Shown in pieces: positions 51,825 through 63,029 of a stretch of 64,000 bases of DNA (positions are counted from its first letter, which is position 1; the number at the start of each line of letters is the position of its first letter). Made by a program: the position numbers and the translations under genes. This DNA is from Candidatus Omnitrophota bacterium (GTDB lineage: Bacteria > Omnitrophota > Gorgyraeia > 2-01-FULL-45-10): contig CAIMPC010000073.1 in NCBI GenBank assembly GCA_903843285.1, forward strand, positions 20,578-84,577, read 5' to 3'. Below the pieces are notes generated by a model. The model ran no database searches. It had not been told where the DNA came from and worked only from the letters and a program-made list of their open reading frames with translations.

Positions 51825-52610
51825 ATGCGAATATTGTTCATCGGGGACATAGTCGGCTCACCGGGAAGACGCGCTATCGAAGAGCTTGTACCGAAGATCA
51901 CTAAGCGTGAAAACTTAGATTTCGTTATAGCCAATGGTGAGAACACAGCCGCAGGCAGTGGGCTAACGAGCGCGCTGGCGGACCAACTATTAAGCTATGG
52001 CATCGATGTCATAACGTCCGGCGATCACATCTGGAAGAGAAAGGAGATGGTCGAGTCCCTCGGTAGCGATAGAAGAGTGCTTCGACCTGCCAATTACCCT
52101 CCAGGTGCGCCGGGGTTCGGTTATGGCATATTCGAATCGAAGTCGGGAGTCAACGTCGGAGTAATCAATCTGGTAGGACGTGTATTTATGCAGGCTGTGG
52201 AATGCCCATTCCGGACCGTCAAAGAAATAGTCGATAAAATAAAGGACAAGGTCAGGATAATAATAGTCGATATGCATGCCGAAGCTACAAGCGAGAAGAT
52301 CGCGTTAGGATACTTTCTGGATGGACAAGTCAGCGCTGTTCTCGGAACGCACACTCATATACAGACTGCCGACGAGAAGATTTTATCGGGCGGCACCGCA
52401 TTCATCTCTGATGTAGGAATGACAGGTCCGTTCGATGGCGTAATTGGCCGCAAGAAAGAGCAGATCATCCGCCGTTTCCTGTCACAGTTGCCCACGAAGT
52501 TCGAGATGGCCGAGGGAGATATTCAGCTCCATGGCGCTATCATTGACATAGACGATAAGACCGGCAGGGCTAACTCAATAAAGAGGGTCCAGGAGAAGCT
52601 GGGGGAGTGA
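51825..52610 (+). CDS. ymdB: YmdB-like metallophosphoesterase
   Basis: FIGDIVG, ANGEN, RPANYP, HAEATSEK, GTHTH, DVGMTG. Confidence 0.93.
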   Translation: MRILFIGDIVGSPGRRAIEELVPKITKRENLDFVIANGENTAAGSGLTSALADQLLSYGIDVITSGDHIWKRKEMVESLGSDRRVLRPANYPPGAPGFGYGIFESKSGVNVGVINLVGRVFMQAVECPFRTVKEIVDKIKDKVRIIIVDMHAEATSEKIALGYFLDGQVSAVLGTHTHIQTADEKILSGGTAFISDVGMTGPFDGVIGRKKEQIIRRFLSQLPTKFEMAEGDIQLHGAIIDIDDKTGRANSIKRVQEKLGE

Positions 52611-52632
52611 GTTTTTTGCTCTGCGGTACTCA

Positions 52633-52693
52633 GGCGGGATATCTGGTGGCCACCTTCCGCAGTCGCTCCAGGTGGGCCACCAGATATCCCGCC
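52633..52693. repeat. Perfect 19-bp inverted repeat hairpin
   Basis: GGCGGGATATCTGGTGGCC...GGCCACCAGATATCCCGCC. Confidence 0.85.
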
Positions 52694-52744
52694 ATCTGAC
52701 GCATGAGCGCAAAAATTTATCGGAGTGGAGTAATATTTGTAAGA

Positions 52745-53027
52745 CCTAAGCCTAAGTTATAGTGAGCATATTGAAAATATTAGGTCTTTTGAGAAGCAAA
52801 AAAAGGGTTTAAAAGAACCGAGGATGCCGCAGTAGTATAAGTGCAGGCGTTATCCGCTATAAGATATCTTTAGTTTAACTATAGAATAAGCAGTGGCGGA
52901 TAATGAGGCCTCCTATGGAGGCCGAGTTCCGCAAGGTTCCCCTTTTTATGCTGAACAAAAGGCCGGTCCTCCTATAGCTAAAGCTTATGGGGAAATATTT
53001 TCAGTGCGAACATAACTTAGGCTTAGG
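52745..53027. mobile_element. MITE-like non-coding foldback element, 283 bp
   Basis: Perfect 16-bp terminal inverted repeats CCTAAGCCTAAGTTAT/ATAACTTAGGCTTAGG; nested internal inverted repeats; no ORF. Confidence 0.65.
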
Positions 53028-53045
53028 GATAGTCCGGGTCAACAT

Positions 53046-54278
53046 ATGAAAAGACCTTTTAACGATATTTTGCAAGAGACCAAAGAGAAACATGTTTATA
53101 CAGTTTCAGAGCTGACTAGGTATATTCGTCAGATAATCGAGAGCTCGTTCCCGAATCTATGGGTCGAGGGTGAGATATCGAACTTCGTTCTGCATTCCTC
53201 CGGACACATGTACTTCAGCCTTAAAGACGCCGGCTCGGTTATCCAGTGCGCGATGTTCAAACGCGCGAATGAGCGGCTCAAATTCAAGCCTAAGGACGGA
53301 CAGAAGGTTATCTGTTTAGGTAAGATAAGCGTCTATGAACCTCGGGGCGGTTACCAGCTGATAATTGAGGAGATTGAGCCTAAGGGCATAGGCGCGCTAC
53401 AGCTACAGTTTCAGCAGTTAAAAGAGAGGCTCTTTAAGGAAGGATTATTCGACCAGTCCCACAAAGTTCCGATACCGCACCTGCCCACTAAAATCGGAAT
53501 TGTGACCAGCCCCACAGGCGCAGCTATACGTGACATGCTCAATATTGCCAGACGAAGATACTCGAATGTAGAGATAATAATATATCCGGTCAGAGTGCAA
53601 GGCGATGGAGCGAGGGATGAAATAGCCTTGGCCATCAGAGATTTCAACAAGCTTAAAAATATAGACGTGATGATCATAGGTCGCGGCGGAGGAAGCCTCG
53701 AGGACCTGTGGGCGTTCAATGAAGAAGTAGTAGCCCGCGCAATATACGACTCAGAGATACCGGTCATTAGCGCAGTCGGCCATGAGATAGATTATACGAT
53801 CGCGGATTTTGTAGCGGACCTGCGCGCTCCGACCCCGTCGGCCGCGGCGGAGCTCGTGATCCCCAAAAAAGAAGATCTCGTAAATAGTATTAAGACTAAT
53901 ACCTCGAGGCTGAAGAACGCACTCTTAAATATACTCGATCTTATGACGCACAGGCTCGCTCGCCTTAGAGAGAGCTATGCGCTTAAACAACCGCTTAAGA
54001 GGCTCGAGCAGTATGAGCAGATGATAGACGATCTCGGTAAAGATATGTCTATACGTTTGGAACACTTGGTAAAGATGCGGTTCGAAAGCCTTAATCTATT
54101 GACGCAGAAGCTGGAGGCATTAAGCCCGTTATCGATATTAAATCGCGGATATAGCATTTCGTCGCGGCTCTCAGATGGTAGAATCATAAAGAGCATAGTT
54201 GATATTAGTGCGGGCGACAGGATCGAAACTAAACTTGGTAAGGGTAAATTTATAAGCAAAGTCGAGGAGGTAGGATGA
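53046..54278 (+). CDS. xseA: Exodeoxyribonuclease VII large subunit
   Basis: WVEGEISN, SGHMYFSLKD, TSPTGAA, RGGGSLEDLWAFN, AVGHE, RAPTPSAAAE. Confidence 0.96.
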   Translation: MKRPFNDILQETKEKHVYTVSELTRYIRQIIESSFPNLWVEGEISNFVLHSSGHMYFSLKDAGSVIQCAMFKRANERLKFKPKDGQKVICLGKISVYEPRGGYQLIIEEIEPKGIGALQLQFQQLKERLFKEGLFDQSHKVPIPHLPTKIGIVTSPTGAAIRDMLNIARRRYSNVEIIIYPVRVQGDGARDEIALAIRDFNKLKNIDVMIIGRGGGSLEDLWAFNEEVVARAIYDSEIPVISAVGHEIDYTIADFVADLRAPTPSAAAELVIPKKEDLVNSIKTNTSRLKNALLNILDLMTHRLARLRESYALKQPLKRLEQYEQMIDDLGKDMSIRLEHLVKMRFESLNLLTQKLEALSPLSILNRGYSISSRLSDGRIIKSIVDISAGDRIETKLGKGKFISKVEEVG

Positions 54279-54279
54279 T

Positions 54280-54582
54280 ATGGCGGCTGAAATAAAATTC
54301 GAGGAAGCTCTGAAGAAGCTGGAGAAGATCGTGCAGGATCTCGAGGATGGAGACCTCCCTCTCGATGAGGCGCTCGAAAAGTATGAGGAGGGCATAAAAC
54401 TGTCGAAGACCTGCGCGAAGAAATTGGAGACGGCTAAAAAGAAGGTCGAGATATTATTGAAGAACGAAGACGGCTCAGTGGAGCTGAAAGAGTTCGATGA
54501 GTCATCGGATGAGGAAGATGAAAAACCGCAGGAACCAAGAAGGAAAAGGGCAAAGCTCGGTTCCAGAGAAGGGTTGTTATAA
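54280..54582 (+). CDS. xseB: Exodeoxyribonuclease VII small subunit
   Basis: FEEALKKLEKIV..LE.GDLPLDEAL..YEEG. Confidence 0.95.
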   Translation: MAAEIKFEEALKKLEKIVQDLEDGDLPLDEALEKYEEGIKLSKTCAKKLETAKKKVEILLKNEDGSVELKEFDESSDEEDEKPQEPRRKRAKLGSREGLL

Positions 54583-54586
54583 TAAG

Positions 54587-55423
54587 GTGGCCAAAAGTCT
54601 AAAGAGTTACATAGAAGATTCGAGGAGCCTCATCGACAAGGCGCTCGACAAGTATCTTCCCGAAATAGACCATGAGCCGAAGACGATCCACAGGGCCATA
54701 AGATACAGCGTCTTTTCCGGAGGTAAACGCATACGCCCGATAATCGTACTGGAGGCATGTAAAACTTGCATGCCCAGACGGCATCATTTCGCGGATGCGC
54801 TCGTTATTGCCTCGGCCATAGAGATGGTCCATACCTATTCGCTCATCCACGACGATCTTCCCTCTATGGATGACGATGACTACAGGCGCGGTAAGCCGAC
54901 AGTCCATAAAAAATTTGGCGAAGCCAACGCGATACTTGCCGGGGATGCGCTATTAACGCTCGCATTTAATGTCATATCGAAATGTCTCGATGCCAGGACC
55001 GGCTTTACCGCTGTAAAGAAATTGTCCGAAGCTATCGGTACATACGGGATGGTCGGCGGCCAAGCGATGGATATCAGCTTTAAAAATAAACGCATCAGCG
55101 CATTTACGCAAAAGCGTATAAATAATCTGAAGACGGCTAAGCTGTTTGAGGTGTCGGCTAAGTTGGGTGCAATAGCCGCCGGTACAAGCGATAAGAAGAT
55201 CAGGGCTATGGCGGAGTTTGGAGAGTCGGTAGGCTCGGCATTTCAACTCGTAGACGATATTATGGACAGCGATAACTTTTCCACTCCTTCGCTCGAGGCT
55301 CTTAAGATAAGGGCATTGGCGGGTGATGCGACCATTAAGGCGATAAGCGCTCTCGAGGTGTTCGGTTCAGATGCCGACAGACTTAGAGAGATCGCTGACT
55401 TTATGTTGAAGAGACGAATCTGA
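54587..55423 (+). CDS. ispA: Farnesyl/geranylgeranyl diphosphate synthase (probable GTG start 54587)
   Basis: GGKRIRP, HTYSLIHDDLPSMDDDDYRRG, GGQAMD, FQLVDD. Confidence 0.9.
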   Translation: MAKSLKSYIEDSRSLIDKALDKYLPEIDHEPKTIHRAIRYSVFSGGKRIRPIIVLEACKTCMPRRHHFADALVIASAIEMVHTYSLIHDDLPSMDDDDYRRGKPTVHKKFGEANAILAGDALLTLAFNVISKCLDARTGFTAVKKLSEAIGTYGMVGGQAMDISFKNKRISAFTQKRINNLKTAKLFEVSAKLGAIAAGTSDKKIRAMAEFGESVGSAFQLVDDIMDSDNFSTPSLEALKIRALAGDATIKAISALEVFGSDADRLREIADFMLKRRI

Positions 55424-55424
55424 T

Positions 55425-57296
55425 ATGGGAAGAATACTCGATAATATTAATAGTCCGAGTGACCTGCGTAAGTTAAATGCCGCGCACCTGCCGGAGCTTG
55501 CCGAAGAGATAAGGGCAGCTATATTAGGCACTGTCTCGAGGACCGGGGGACACCTGGCTTCGAGCCTTGGCGCGGTGGAGCTTACGCTCGCGCTCCATTA
55601 TGTATTCAATACGCCGGATGATAAGATTATATGGGATGTAGGGCATCAGTCCTATACCCATAAACTAATAACGGGCAGGCGTGATAACTTTCACAGTCTA
55701 AGGCAATTGGGGGGCTTAAGCGGATTTCCGAACAGGGAAGAGAGTCCGCTTCATGACGTCTTTACATGCGGTCATGCGTCCACGTCGATATCCACCGCCC
55801 TGGGCCTGGTAGCATCGCGCGACTTACAGGGTTCTTCGGAGAAAATTATAGCGGTGATAGGCGATGCGTCTTTGGCCGGAGGCATGGCATTTGAAGCATT
55901 AAATCATGCCGGGCACACCCAGAAAGACGTGATAGTTATCTTAAATGATAATGAATTATCTATCACTCAAAGCGTCGGCGCCCTAAGCAAGTATCTTAAT
56001 AGGATAATAACCGCTCCGACTTACAATAAGATAAGGAAGGACATTGAGAAGTTGGTGAAACGCATACCGCGTTTCGGTTTCAGGGCATATCGCGCGGCGA
56101 GAAAGTTGGAAGAGGGATTAAAGAACCTGCTCACGCCCGGGATTCTATTTGAGGAGATGGGTTTCAGATATTTCGGGCCGATGGACGGACACGACCTGCG
56201 CCATTTAATATTAATGCTGCGTAATCTAAAAGATCTTAACGAGCCGATCTTTATACATTTGGTTACAAAGAAGGGCAAGGGGTATAAGTTTGCCGAAGAC
56301 GATCCTATGTCATTCCACGGTACGGGACCGTTCGATATAAATAGCGGAGAAAAAATAGGAGAAAAAAAGGCATCCGAGACATTTACTGATGCTTTTGCCG
56401 ATAAGATAGTGGAGCTTGGAGCCGTAGATTCTAAGATAATAGGGGTTACCGCGGCGATGATTGATGGAACCGGTTTTAAAAAGTATGCCAATAAGTATCC
56501 TGAACGTTTCTTCGATGTGGGAATTGCTGAGGAGCACGCGGTAGGTTTTAGCGCGGGGCTGGCTCGAGGCGGATTTAAACCGGTTATAGCGGCTTACTCT
56601 ACATTTTTGCAACGTTCTTATGATCAGATAGTGCATGACGTATGCCTGCAGAATTTGCCCGTGACACTATGCCTGGATAGGGCCGGGCTAGTGGGGGAGG
56701 ATGGGCCGACACATCATGGCTCATTTGATATAGCATATTTAAGGCATATTCCGAATCTTACATTCATGGCGCCGGCTACTCCTTTAGAACTAAAGGCGAT
56801 GCTCGAGTTCGCTGTATCTTTAAATTCACCTTGCGCTGTTCGCTATCCGAAAGGTGGCAGTTCGTTAAGCATGGCGCCGAGCCTTCCGATAGAGTTGGGT
56901 AAGGCCGAAGTTTTAAGAGATGGCGCGGATATTGCGATAATTTCAATCGGTGCTATGGCCGAAACAGCGCTTGGATTGGCAGATCTCCTGGCTAAAAAAA
57001 GAGTAAACGCCACGGTCGTGAACGCACGTTTCATAAAACCTCTGGATGAGACGCTATTAGTAGAGATTTTTGGCAGAATAAAGAGGTTTATAACCATAGA
57101 GGATGGCGTGCTGGATGGCGGATTTGGCTCGACAATCCTGGAATTCATCGAGCGAGCTCATATAGGCAGTATTAAGATTAAGCGTTTTGGCTTGCCGAAT
57201 AAATTCATAGAACACGGCAGGAGAGAAGAGCTATTTTCAAAGTATAACTTGACACCCCAGGCTATTTGCGATGTAATTATAAGAGAGATGATGTAA
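55425..57296 (+). CDS. dxs: 1-deoxy-D-xylulose-5-phosphate synthase
   Basis: WDVGHQSY, GHASTSIS, IGDA, LNDN, DVGIAEEH, DRAGLVGEDGPTH. Confidence 0.97.
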   Translation: MGRILDNINSPSDLRKLNAAHLPELAEEIRAAILGTVSRTGGHLASSLGAVELTLALHYVFNTPDDKIIWDVGHQSYTHKLITGRRDNFHSLRQLGGLSGFPNREESPLHDVFTCGHASTSISTALGLVASRDLQGSSEKIIAVIGDASLAGGMAFEALNHAGHTQKDVIVILNDNELSITQSVGALSKYLNRIITAPTYNKIRKDIEKLVKRIPRFGFRAYRAARKLEEGLKNLLTPGILFEEMGFRYFGPMDGHDLRHLILMLRNLKDLNEPIFIHLVTKKGKGYKFAEDDPMSFHGTGPFDINSGEKIGEKKASETFTDAFADKIVELGAVDSKIIGVTAAMIDGTGFKKYANKYPERFFDVGIAEEHAVGFSAGLARGGFKPVIAAYSTFLQRSYDQIVHDVCLQNLPVTLCLDRAGLVGEDGPTHHGSFDIAYLRHIPNLTFMAPATPLELKAMLEFAVSLNSPCAVRYPKGGSSLSMAPSLPIELGKAEVLRDGADIAIISIGAMAETALGLADLLAKKRVNATVVNARFIKPLDETLLVEIFGRIKRFITIEDGVLDGGFGSTILEFIERAHIGSIKIKRFGLPNKFIEHGRREELFSKYNLTPQAICDVIIREMM

Positions 57297-57388
57297 TTTT
57301 TGCTATTAAAGTGCCGAAAAGCTGAAAAATTACATGGTGAGGGAGAGTGGGTGGCTGGGTAGCCATTACCATATTACGGAATAATTTT

Positions 57389-57595
57389 ATGGCGAAGATA
57401 AAGATAAATAAGAATAAATGTAAGGGCTGTTACCTCTGTGTGGTGAACTGTCCAAATAACCTGATTAAGATCGAGAAGGAACTTAATATTAAGGGTATTA
57501 AATCGGCCTGTTTCTCCGAAGGTAAGTGCACGGGATGCGCCATGTGCGCTGTTATCTGTCCGGATGGTGCGATAGAGGTCTATAGAGATATATGA
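57389..57595 (+). CDS. 2[4Fe-4S] ferredoxin (delta subunit of 2-oxoacid oxidoreductase)
   Basis: CKGCYLCVVNCP and CTGCAMCAVICP. Confidence 0.9.
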   Translation: MAKIKINKNKCKGCYLCVVNCPNNLIKIEKELNIKGIKSACFSEGKCTGCAMCAVICPDGAIEVYRDI

Positions 57596-58656
57596 GTAAA
57601 AATAGAGTGTTGATGTGCGGTAATGAGGCCTGCGGCGAAGGCGCGGTGTTAGCCGGATGTAAGTTCTACGCCGGCTATCCGATAACTCCGCAGAATGAGC
57701 TCACGAGCTATATGTCAAAGCGCATGAATGAGACGCTCGGCGTCTTTATTCAGTCCGAGAGTGAGACCTCGGCAATAAATATGGTATTTGGCGCAAGCGC
57801 CGCCGGCGTGCGGGTCATGACATCTTCGTCGAGCCCCGGCATAAGCTTGAAGCAGGAGGGCATTTCATATCTTTCCGCCTGCGAATTACCCTGTGTGATA
57901 GTAAATATGCAGAGAGGCGGTCCCGGGTTGGGCAATATAGCTCCCTCTCAGGGTGATTATTTTCAATCTGTGAAAGGCGGAGGCCACGGAGACTACAAAT
58001 TAATAGTGCTGGCGCCCGCATCGGTACAGGATATGTTGGATCTAACCATAACCGCCTTCGATCTTGCCGATAAATATAGAATGCCTGTCCTTATACTTGG
58101 AGATGGGCTTCTCGGCCAGATGATGGAGCCATTGACCATTCCTTCGGAAATAGAGCCCAAGCATTATGATAAACCTTGGGCGCTTACGGGATGTAAGGGC
58201 AGAGAGCCGCGCGTTATTAAGTCATTATTGCTGGCAGACGGCGCCCTCGAGGAGCACAATAAACATTTACAGGAAAAATTCAAAATTATTAAAGAGGTTG
58301 AAGTTTACAGCCAGAGTTTTAACACAAAAGATGCCGATATAATAATTGTCGCCTATGGCTCTGTGGCCAGGATAGCAAAGGCCGCTATGACCTTGGCTCG
58401 CGCCAAGGGGCTTAAAGTCGGTCTGATCCGGCCTATAACTCTCTGGCCGTTCCCTGATAAAGTTATTCAAGAAGCTTGTGCCAGAGCTAAGAAGTTCCTC
58501 GTCGTTGAGATGAGCGCAGGGCAAATGGTGGAAGATGTGAGGCTCGCGGTTAACGGTAAAGTGGAGGTGGATTTTTACGGTAGGATGGGCGGAGGGGTGC
58601 CCGGCGAAGGCGAGATACTGAAACATATCGAATCCCTGGGAGGCGCCGGCGTGTGA
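57592..58656 (+). CDS. vorB: 2-oxoacid:ferredoxin oxidoreductase alpha subunit (VorB-like)
   Basis: GNEA, YAGYPITPQ, TSSSSPGISLKQE, RGGPGLGNI. Confidence 0.85.
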   Translation: MSKNRVLMCGNEACGEGAVLAGCKFYAGYPITPQNELTSYMSKRMNETLGVFIQSESETSAINMVFGASAAGVRVMTSSSSPGISLKQEGISYLSACELPCVIVNMQRGGPGLGNIAPSQGDYFQSVKGGGHGDYKLIVLAPASVQDMLDLTITAFDLADKYRMPVLILGDGLLGQMMEPLTIPSEIEPKHYDKPWALTGCKGREPRVIKSLLLADGALEEHNKHLQEKFKIIKEVEVYSQSFNTKDADIIIVAYGSVARIAKAAMTLARAKGLKVGLIRPITLWPFPDKVIQEACARAKKFLVVEMSAGQMVEDVRLAVNGKVEVDFYGRMGGGVPGEGEILKHIESLGGAGV

Positions 58657-59414
58657 TGATCCAGAAAAAAGATACTGCTTTGAAAAATGCCGAAGCGAGC
58701 GTAAAAAGCTTAAGAGCCGTAGAGCACCACTACTGTGCGGGCTGTGGCCATGGGATAATTCACAGGCTTATTTGCGAAGCGATAGATGAGTACGGGATAC
58801 GGGACCGGGTTATTGCCGTCGCGCCGGTCGGCTGTGCTGTAATAGCGTACGAGTACTGGAATTTTGATGTTACAGAGGCTGCGCACGGGCGGACGCCCGC
58901 TGTGGCCACCGGCATTAAGAGGGTGCGACCTAATAATATAGTATTTACTTATCAGGGTGACGGAGACCTCGCAGCAATCGGCACAGCCGAGATAATACAT
59001 GCCGCCAATAGAGGCGAAAATATTACCGTTATATTTGTTAACAACGGTGTCTATGGCATGACGGGCGGACAGATGGCGCCGACAACGCTTGCCGGACAAA
59101 AGACATCTACTACGATGGAGGGGCGCAGTCTTCGTAGAGACGGGTACCCTTTAAAGATACTCGAAATGCTCGCTGTTTTGCCGGGAGTTAAGTATGTGGA
59201 GAGGGTGGCGGTAAATTCATCGCATGAGGTTTTACGGGCAAAACGCGCGATTTCGAAAGCATTCAAAATGCAGATAGACGGCAAAGGATTTTCAATAGTG
59301 GAAGTCCTGTCTATGTGCCCAACATACTGGGGAATGACGCCCATACAGGCTTCCGACAGGATTAAGAATGACGTCGCTATTTTTTATCCACTCGGGGTTA
59401 TCAAAAGTTGTTAG
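58653..59414 (+). CDS. 2-oxoacid:ferredoxin oxidoreductase beta (TPP-binding) subunit
   Basis: YCAGCGHG, HGR, YQGDGD, NNGVYGMTGGQ, CPT.W. Confidence 0.9.
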   Translation: MMIQKKDTALKNAEASVKSLRAVEHHYCAGCGHGIIHRLICEAIDEYGIRDRVIAVAPVGCAVIAYEYWNFDVTEAAHGRTPAVATGIKRVRPNNIVFTYQGDGDLAAIGTAEIIHAANRGENITVIFVNNGVYGMTGGQMAPTTLAGQKTSTTMEGRSLRRDGYPLKILEMLAVLPGVKYVERVAVNSSHEVLRAKRAISKAFKMQIDGKGFSIVEVLSMCPTYWGMTPIQASDRIKNDVAIFYPLGVIKSC

Positions 59415-59446
59415 CTGTTATCGAAATTAATATGAGGTTTGAATAA

Positions 59447-59998
59447 GTGCGGACCAAGAAAACGAGCAGTAATATTGAAGAGATTCTTTGCGCCGGTTTT
59501 GGCGGACAGGGGATCATGTTCATGGGAAAGCTGTTCGCTGAAGCTGCCCTTTTAGCAAAGAAGCATGTGACGTGGATGCCTTCCTACGGAGCCGAAGTCA
59601 GGGGAGGGACAGCTTATTCCATGGTGAAGATATCCAAAGAAGAGATAGCCAGTCCCGTAGTGGATAGCCCCAACATATTGATCGTGATGAACAAGCCGTC
59701 ACTGCTGAAATATGAAGGCAAGCTTAAAGAAGGCGGAGTATTGATTTTAAATAAGTCCATGATAGATGAGGGTTGTAAGAGAAGAGATGTGAAGGTATTG
59801 AACATACCTATGACGATTCTTGCCTCGAAGCTCGGCAACACTAAGTGTGCCAATATGGTCGCCGCCGGAGCCTTCGTTAAGCGTTCTAAGATGATCACTC
59901 TGCGTAATGTCATAGCCGCATTAAAAGAGATCCTGAAGGGCAAGGACGAACTATTCCTCCTGAATAAGAGCGCGCTCGAAAAAGGGTATAGGATTTAA
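59447..59998 (+). CDS. 2-oxoacid:ferredoxin oxidoreductase gamma subunit
   Basis: AGFGGQG, PSYGAEVRGG, ANMV..GA. Confidence 0.9.
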   Translation: MRTKKTSSNIEEILCAGFGGQGIMFMGKLFAEAALLAKKHVTWMPSYGAEVRGGTAYSMVKISKEEIASPVVDSPNILIVMNKPSLLKYEGKLKEGGVLILNKSMIDEGCKRRDVKVLNIPMTILASKLGNTKCANMVAAGAFVKRSKMITLRNVIAALKEILKGKDELFLLNKSALEKGYRI

Positions 59999-61279
59999 AT
60001 GGCCAGAGTTCGATTTGCTCCCAGCCCGACGGGCTATCTGCATATAGGAAGCGCCAGGACGGCGCTTTTTAATTGGGTTTACGCCAGGTCATCCGGAGGC
60101 AAATTCTTACTGCGCATAGAGGATACCGATATTGCCAGGTCGGAAGAGAGATTTCTTGAAGAGATAGTCACCGATCTGAAGTGGCTCGGTATTAACTGGG
60201 ACGAGCCGCCGCTACGCCAGTCAAAGCGTTTCGATGTATATCGCTCCTCCGCCGAATCATTAGTAAAGTCTGGTAAGGCGTATCGAGAAGGGGATGCCTA
60301 TATATTTAAAATGCCCGAAGGCAGGACGATCGAGATCGACGACATGATTCACGGAAAGGTGAGTTTCAATACCAACGACATCAAAGACCAGGTAATGATA
60401 AAATCGGATGGCTCACCTGCATATAACTTTTGTTGTGTGGTGGATGATGCGCATCTCGGCATAACGCATATCATAAGAGGAGATGACCACTTATCTAATA
60501 CACCGAAGCAGATCTTGTTTTACGAAGCCCTGGGGCTTCCAGTTCCCAAGTTTGGACATATGCCGTTAATAATGGGTGCCGATGGCGCGAAGTTATCTAA
60601 GAGGCATGGGGGCGTATCGGTGGAGGAATATAAGGCAGAAGGTTATTTGCCCGAGGCGCTCGTTAATTATTTACTGCTCTTAGGCTGGTCGCCGGGCGGT
60701 GATCGGGAGATTATAACATTAGATGAGGCGGTAAAGATATTTGATATAAAGAATATGACCGGGGTTCAGGCAAAATTTGATCTGCAGAAATTGAGATGGA
60801 TTAACGGTGAATATCTGGCCAGGAAGAGCGGGAAGGATCTATTGCCTATGGTGAAGAAGATTATGGCGGATTCCGGAAATACAAATTTAGCATCGGATGA
60901 AGTGCTTATACGGTTGATAGACCTATATAAGATAAGGATAAAGACATTAGCGGAATTTATTACGGCCACAGATCACTTCTTTGGCGACGTGTATTCTATC
61001 GATGAAAAAGGCGTAGAGAAACACCTGAAGAGCGCTGAAAATAAGAGCATCCTGAATCATTTTGCCGGACTACTGGAGCATATGGACGACTTTTCCCATG
61101 CTAAGCTCGAGGAGGCATGCCGGACTATGGCGGAAGATAAAGGCCTGAAGGCAGGGCAGATCATTCATCCGACCCGCGTCGCGATAAGCGGTAAGACGAC
61201 GGGTGCCGGGCTATTTGAGATGATGGAGATATTGGGTAAGCCCAAAGTCATAGAACGCATGCGTCGGGCAGGGTCTTAA
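59999..61279 (+). CDS. gltX: Glutamate--tRNA ligase (short, lacks the zinc-binding insert)
   Basis: [33 protein letters not shown]; anticodon-binding domain present. Confidence 0.93.
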   Translation: MARVRFAPSPTGYLHIGSARTALFNWVYARSSGGKFLLRIEDTDIARSEERFLEEIVTDLKWLGINWDEPPLRQSKRFDVYRSSAESLVKSGKAYREGDAYIFKMPEGRTIEIDDMIHGKVSFNTNDIKDQVMIKSDGSPAYNFCCVVDDAHLGITHIIRGDDHLSNTPKQILFYEALGLPVPKFGHMPLIMGADGAKLSKRHGGVSVEEYKAEGYLPEALVNYLLLLGWSPGGDREIITLDEAVKIFDIKNMTGVQAKFDLQKLRWINGEYLARKSGKDLLPMVKKIMADSGNTNLASDEVLIRLIDLYKIRIKTLAEFITATDHFFGDVYSIDEKGVEKHLKSAENKSILNHFAGLLEHMDDFSHAKLEEACRTMAEDKGLKAGQIIHPTRVAISGKTTGAGLFEMMEILGKPKVIERMRRAGS

Positions 61280-61286
61280 AAGTTAC

Positions 61287-62984
61287 ATGGAGAAGCCCAC
61301 CCCGAATAATTTTATAAGAGATATAATAGACGAGCATTTGCGTCTCGGCAGGTTTGGCACAAAAGTCCACACACGTTTCCCTCCGGAGCCTAACGGTTAT
61401 CTGCATATAGGGCACGCCAAATCGATAGTCCTTAACTTCGGCATAGCGCGTGACTATAGCGGCCTCTGTAACCTGCGTATGGATGACACGAACCCCGAGA
61501 AGGAAGAGTCCGAATACGTGAATGCTATCATCGAGGATGTTAAGTGGATAGGGTTTGACTGGCAGGACAGGCTGTTCTACGCCTCAGATTACTTCGAACA
61601 GATCTATGATTATGCCGTACAGCTTATCAAATTCGGATCGGCTTATGTGGATGATCTCGATGCCGATACCATACGTAAATATCGTGGCACATTGACGGAG
61701 CCCGGGAAAGAGTCGCCGCATAGAGGCAGATCTGTCGAAGAGAACCTCGATCTATTTGCCCGGATGAGAAATGGCGAGTACGCCGACGGCTCGCGAGTCT
61801 TGCGCGCTAAGATCGACATGGCCAGTCCGCACATCGTTATGCGCGATCCCGTCTTATATAGGATTAAGCGCGAGCGCCATCATCGCACTTTAGATAAGTG
61901 GTGCATCTATCCGATGTACGATTTTGCGCACTGCATCAGCGATTCGATAGAAGGCATAACGCATTCGATCTGTACTCTCGAGTTCGAAAATAACAGGCCG
62001 TTATACGACTGGATACTGGATGCGCTTAAAACATATCATCCTCAGCAGATAGAATTTGCCCGGCTTAATCTGAGCAATACCGTTCTCAGCAAGAGGAAAT
62101 TATTACAGCTTGTTAAAGAGAATTATGTCATAGGGTGGGATGATCCGCGTATGCCGACCTTATCGGGCTTGCGCCGTCGCGGCTATACGCCGCTTTCGAT
62201 ACGGAATTTCTGTAATTCGATAGGTGTAGCGAAGATGGATTCGATAGTAGATATCACGGTATTGGAAAACTCGATACGGGAGGAACTTAATAAGACCGTA
62301 CCTCGCAGAATGGCCGTACTGCGTCCTCTGAGGGTCGTGATAACGAACTACCCCGAAGGAAATACCGAGGAGCTGGACGCAATTAATAATCCGGAAGATC
62401 TTTCTGCCGGGACGAGGAAGGTGCCGTTCGGCCGGGAGATATATATTGAGCAGGAGGATTTCCGCGAGGTCCCACCTCCTAAATTCCACAGGTTGTCACC
62501 GGGTAAAGAGGTGCGGCTAAGATATGCATACTTCATAACTTGCACGGAAGTGATTAAGGATCCGAAGACCGGCGAAATCGTGGAGGTGCGCTGTATCTAT
62601 GATCCTGCGACGCGTGGAGGTGATTCACCGGATGGACGAAAAGTCAAAGCCACGATGCACTGGGTGAGTCGAGAGAAGGCCATAGACGCAGAGGTCAGGC
62701 TATATGGCCCTTTATTTACAGAGAGAGATCCGGATCATATCCCCTCCGGAATGCCCGAGGGAACCGATTACAGGACAAATCTTAACCCGGGATCACTTGA
62801 AATTTTGAAGGGATGCAAATTAGAGCCATCGCTTGACCGAAGTGAGCCGGGAAGCAGGTATCAATTTGAGAGGCTTGGGTATTTTTATCTCGATCCTGTG
62901 GATGCGAAAGACGGCAAAATAGTGTTCAATAGGACGGTTTCGCTGAAAGACACCTGGGCGAAGGTAGAAAAAAGACCCGCTTAA
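61287..62984 (+). CDS. glnS: Glutamine--tRNA ligase
   Basis: [52 protein letters not shown]. Confidence 0.97.
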   Translation: MEKPTPNNFIRDIIDEHLRLGRFGTKVHTRFPPEPNGYLHIGHAKSIVLNFGIARDYSGLCNLRMDDTNPEKEESEYVNAIIEDVKWIGFDWQDRLFYASDYFEQIYDYAVQLIKFGSAYVDDLDADTIRKYRGTLTEPGKESPHRGRSVEENLDLFARMRNGEYADGSRVLRAKIDMASPHIVMRDPVLYRIKRERHHRTLDKWCIYPMYDFAHCISDSIEGITHSICTLEFENNRPLYDWILDALKTYHPQQIEFARLNLSNTVLSKRKLLQLVKENYVIGWDDPRMPTLSGLRRRGYTPLSIRNFCNSIGVAKMDSIVDITVLENSIREELNKTVPRRMAVLRPLRVVITNYPEGNTEELDAINNPEDLSAGTRKVPFGREIYIEQEDFREVPPPKFHRLSPGKEVRLRYAYFITCTEVIKDPKTGEIVEVRCIYDPATRGGDSPDGRKVKATMHWVSREKAIDAEVRLYGPLFTERDPDHIPSGMPEGTDYRTNLNPGSLEILKGCKLEPSLDRSEPGSRYQFERLGYFYLDPVDAKDGKIVFNRTVSLKDTWAKVEKRPA

Positions 62985-63029
62985 AAAAGCATTGAAAAGC
63001 TGATAGTTATAGTATAATATTTAGCACGT

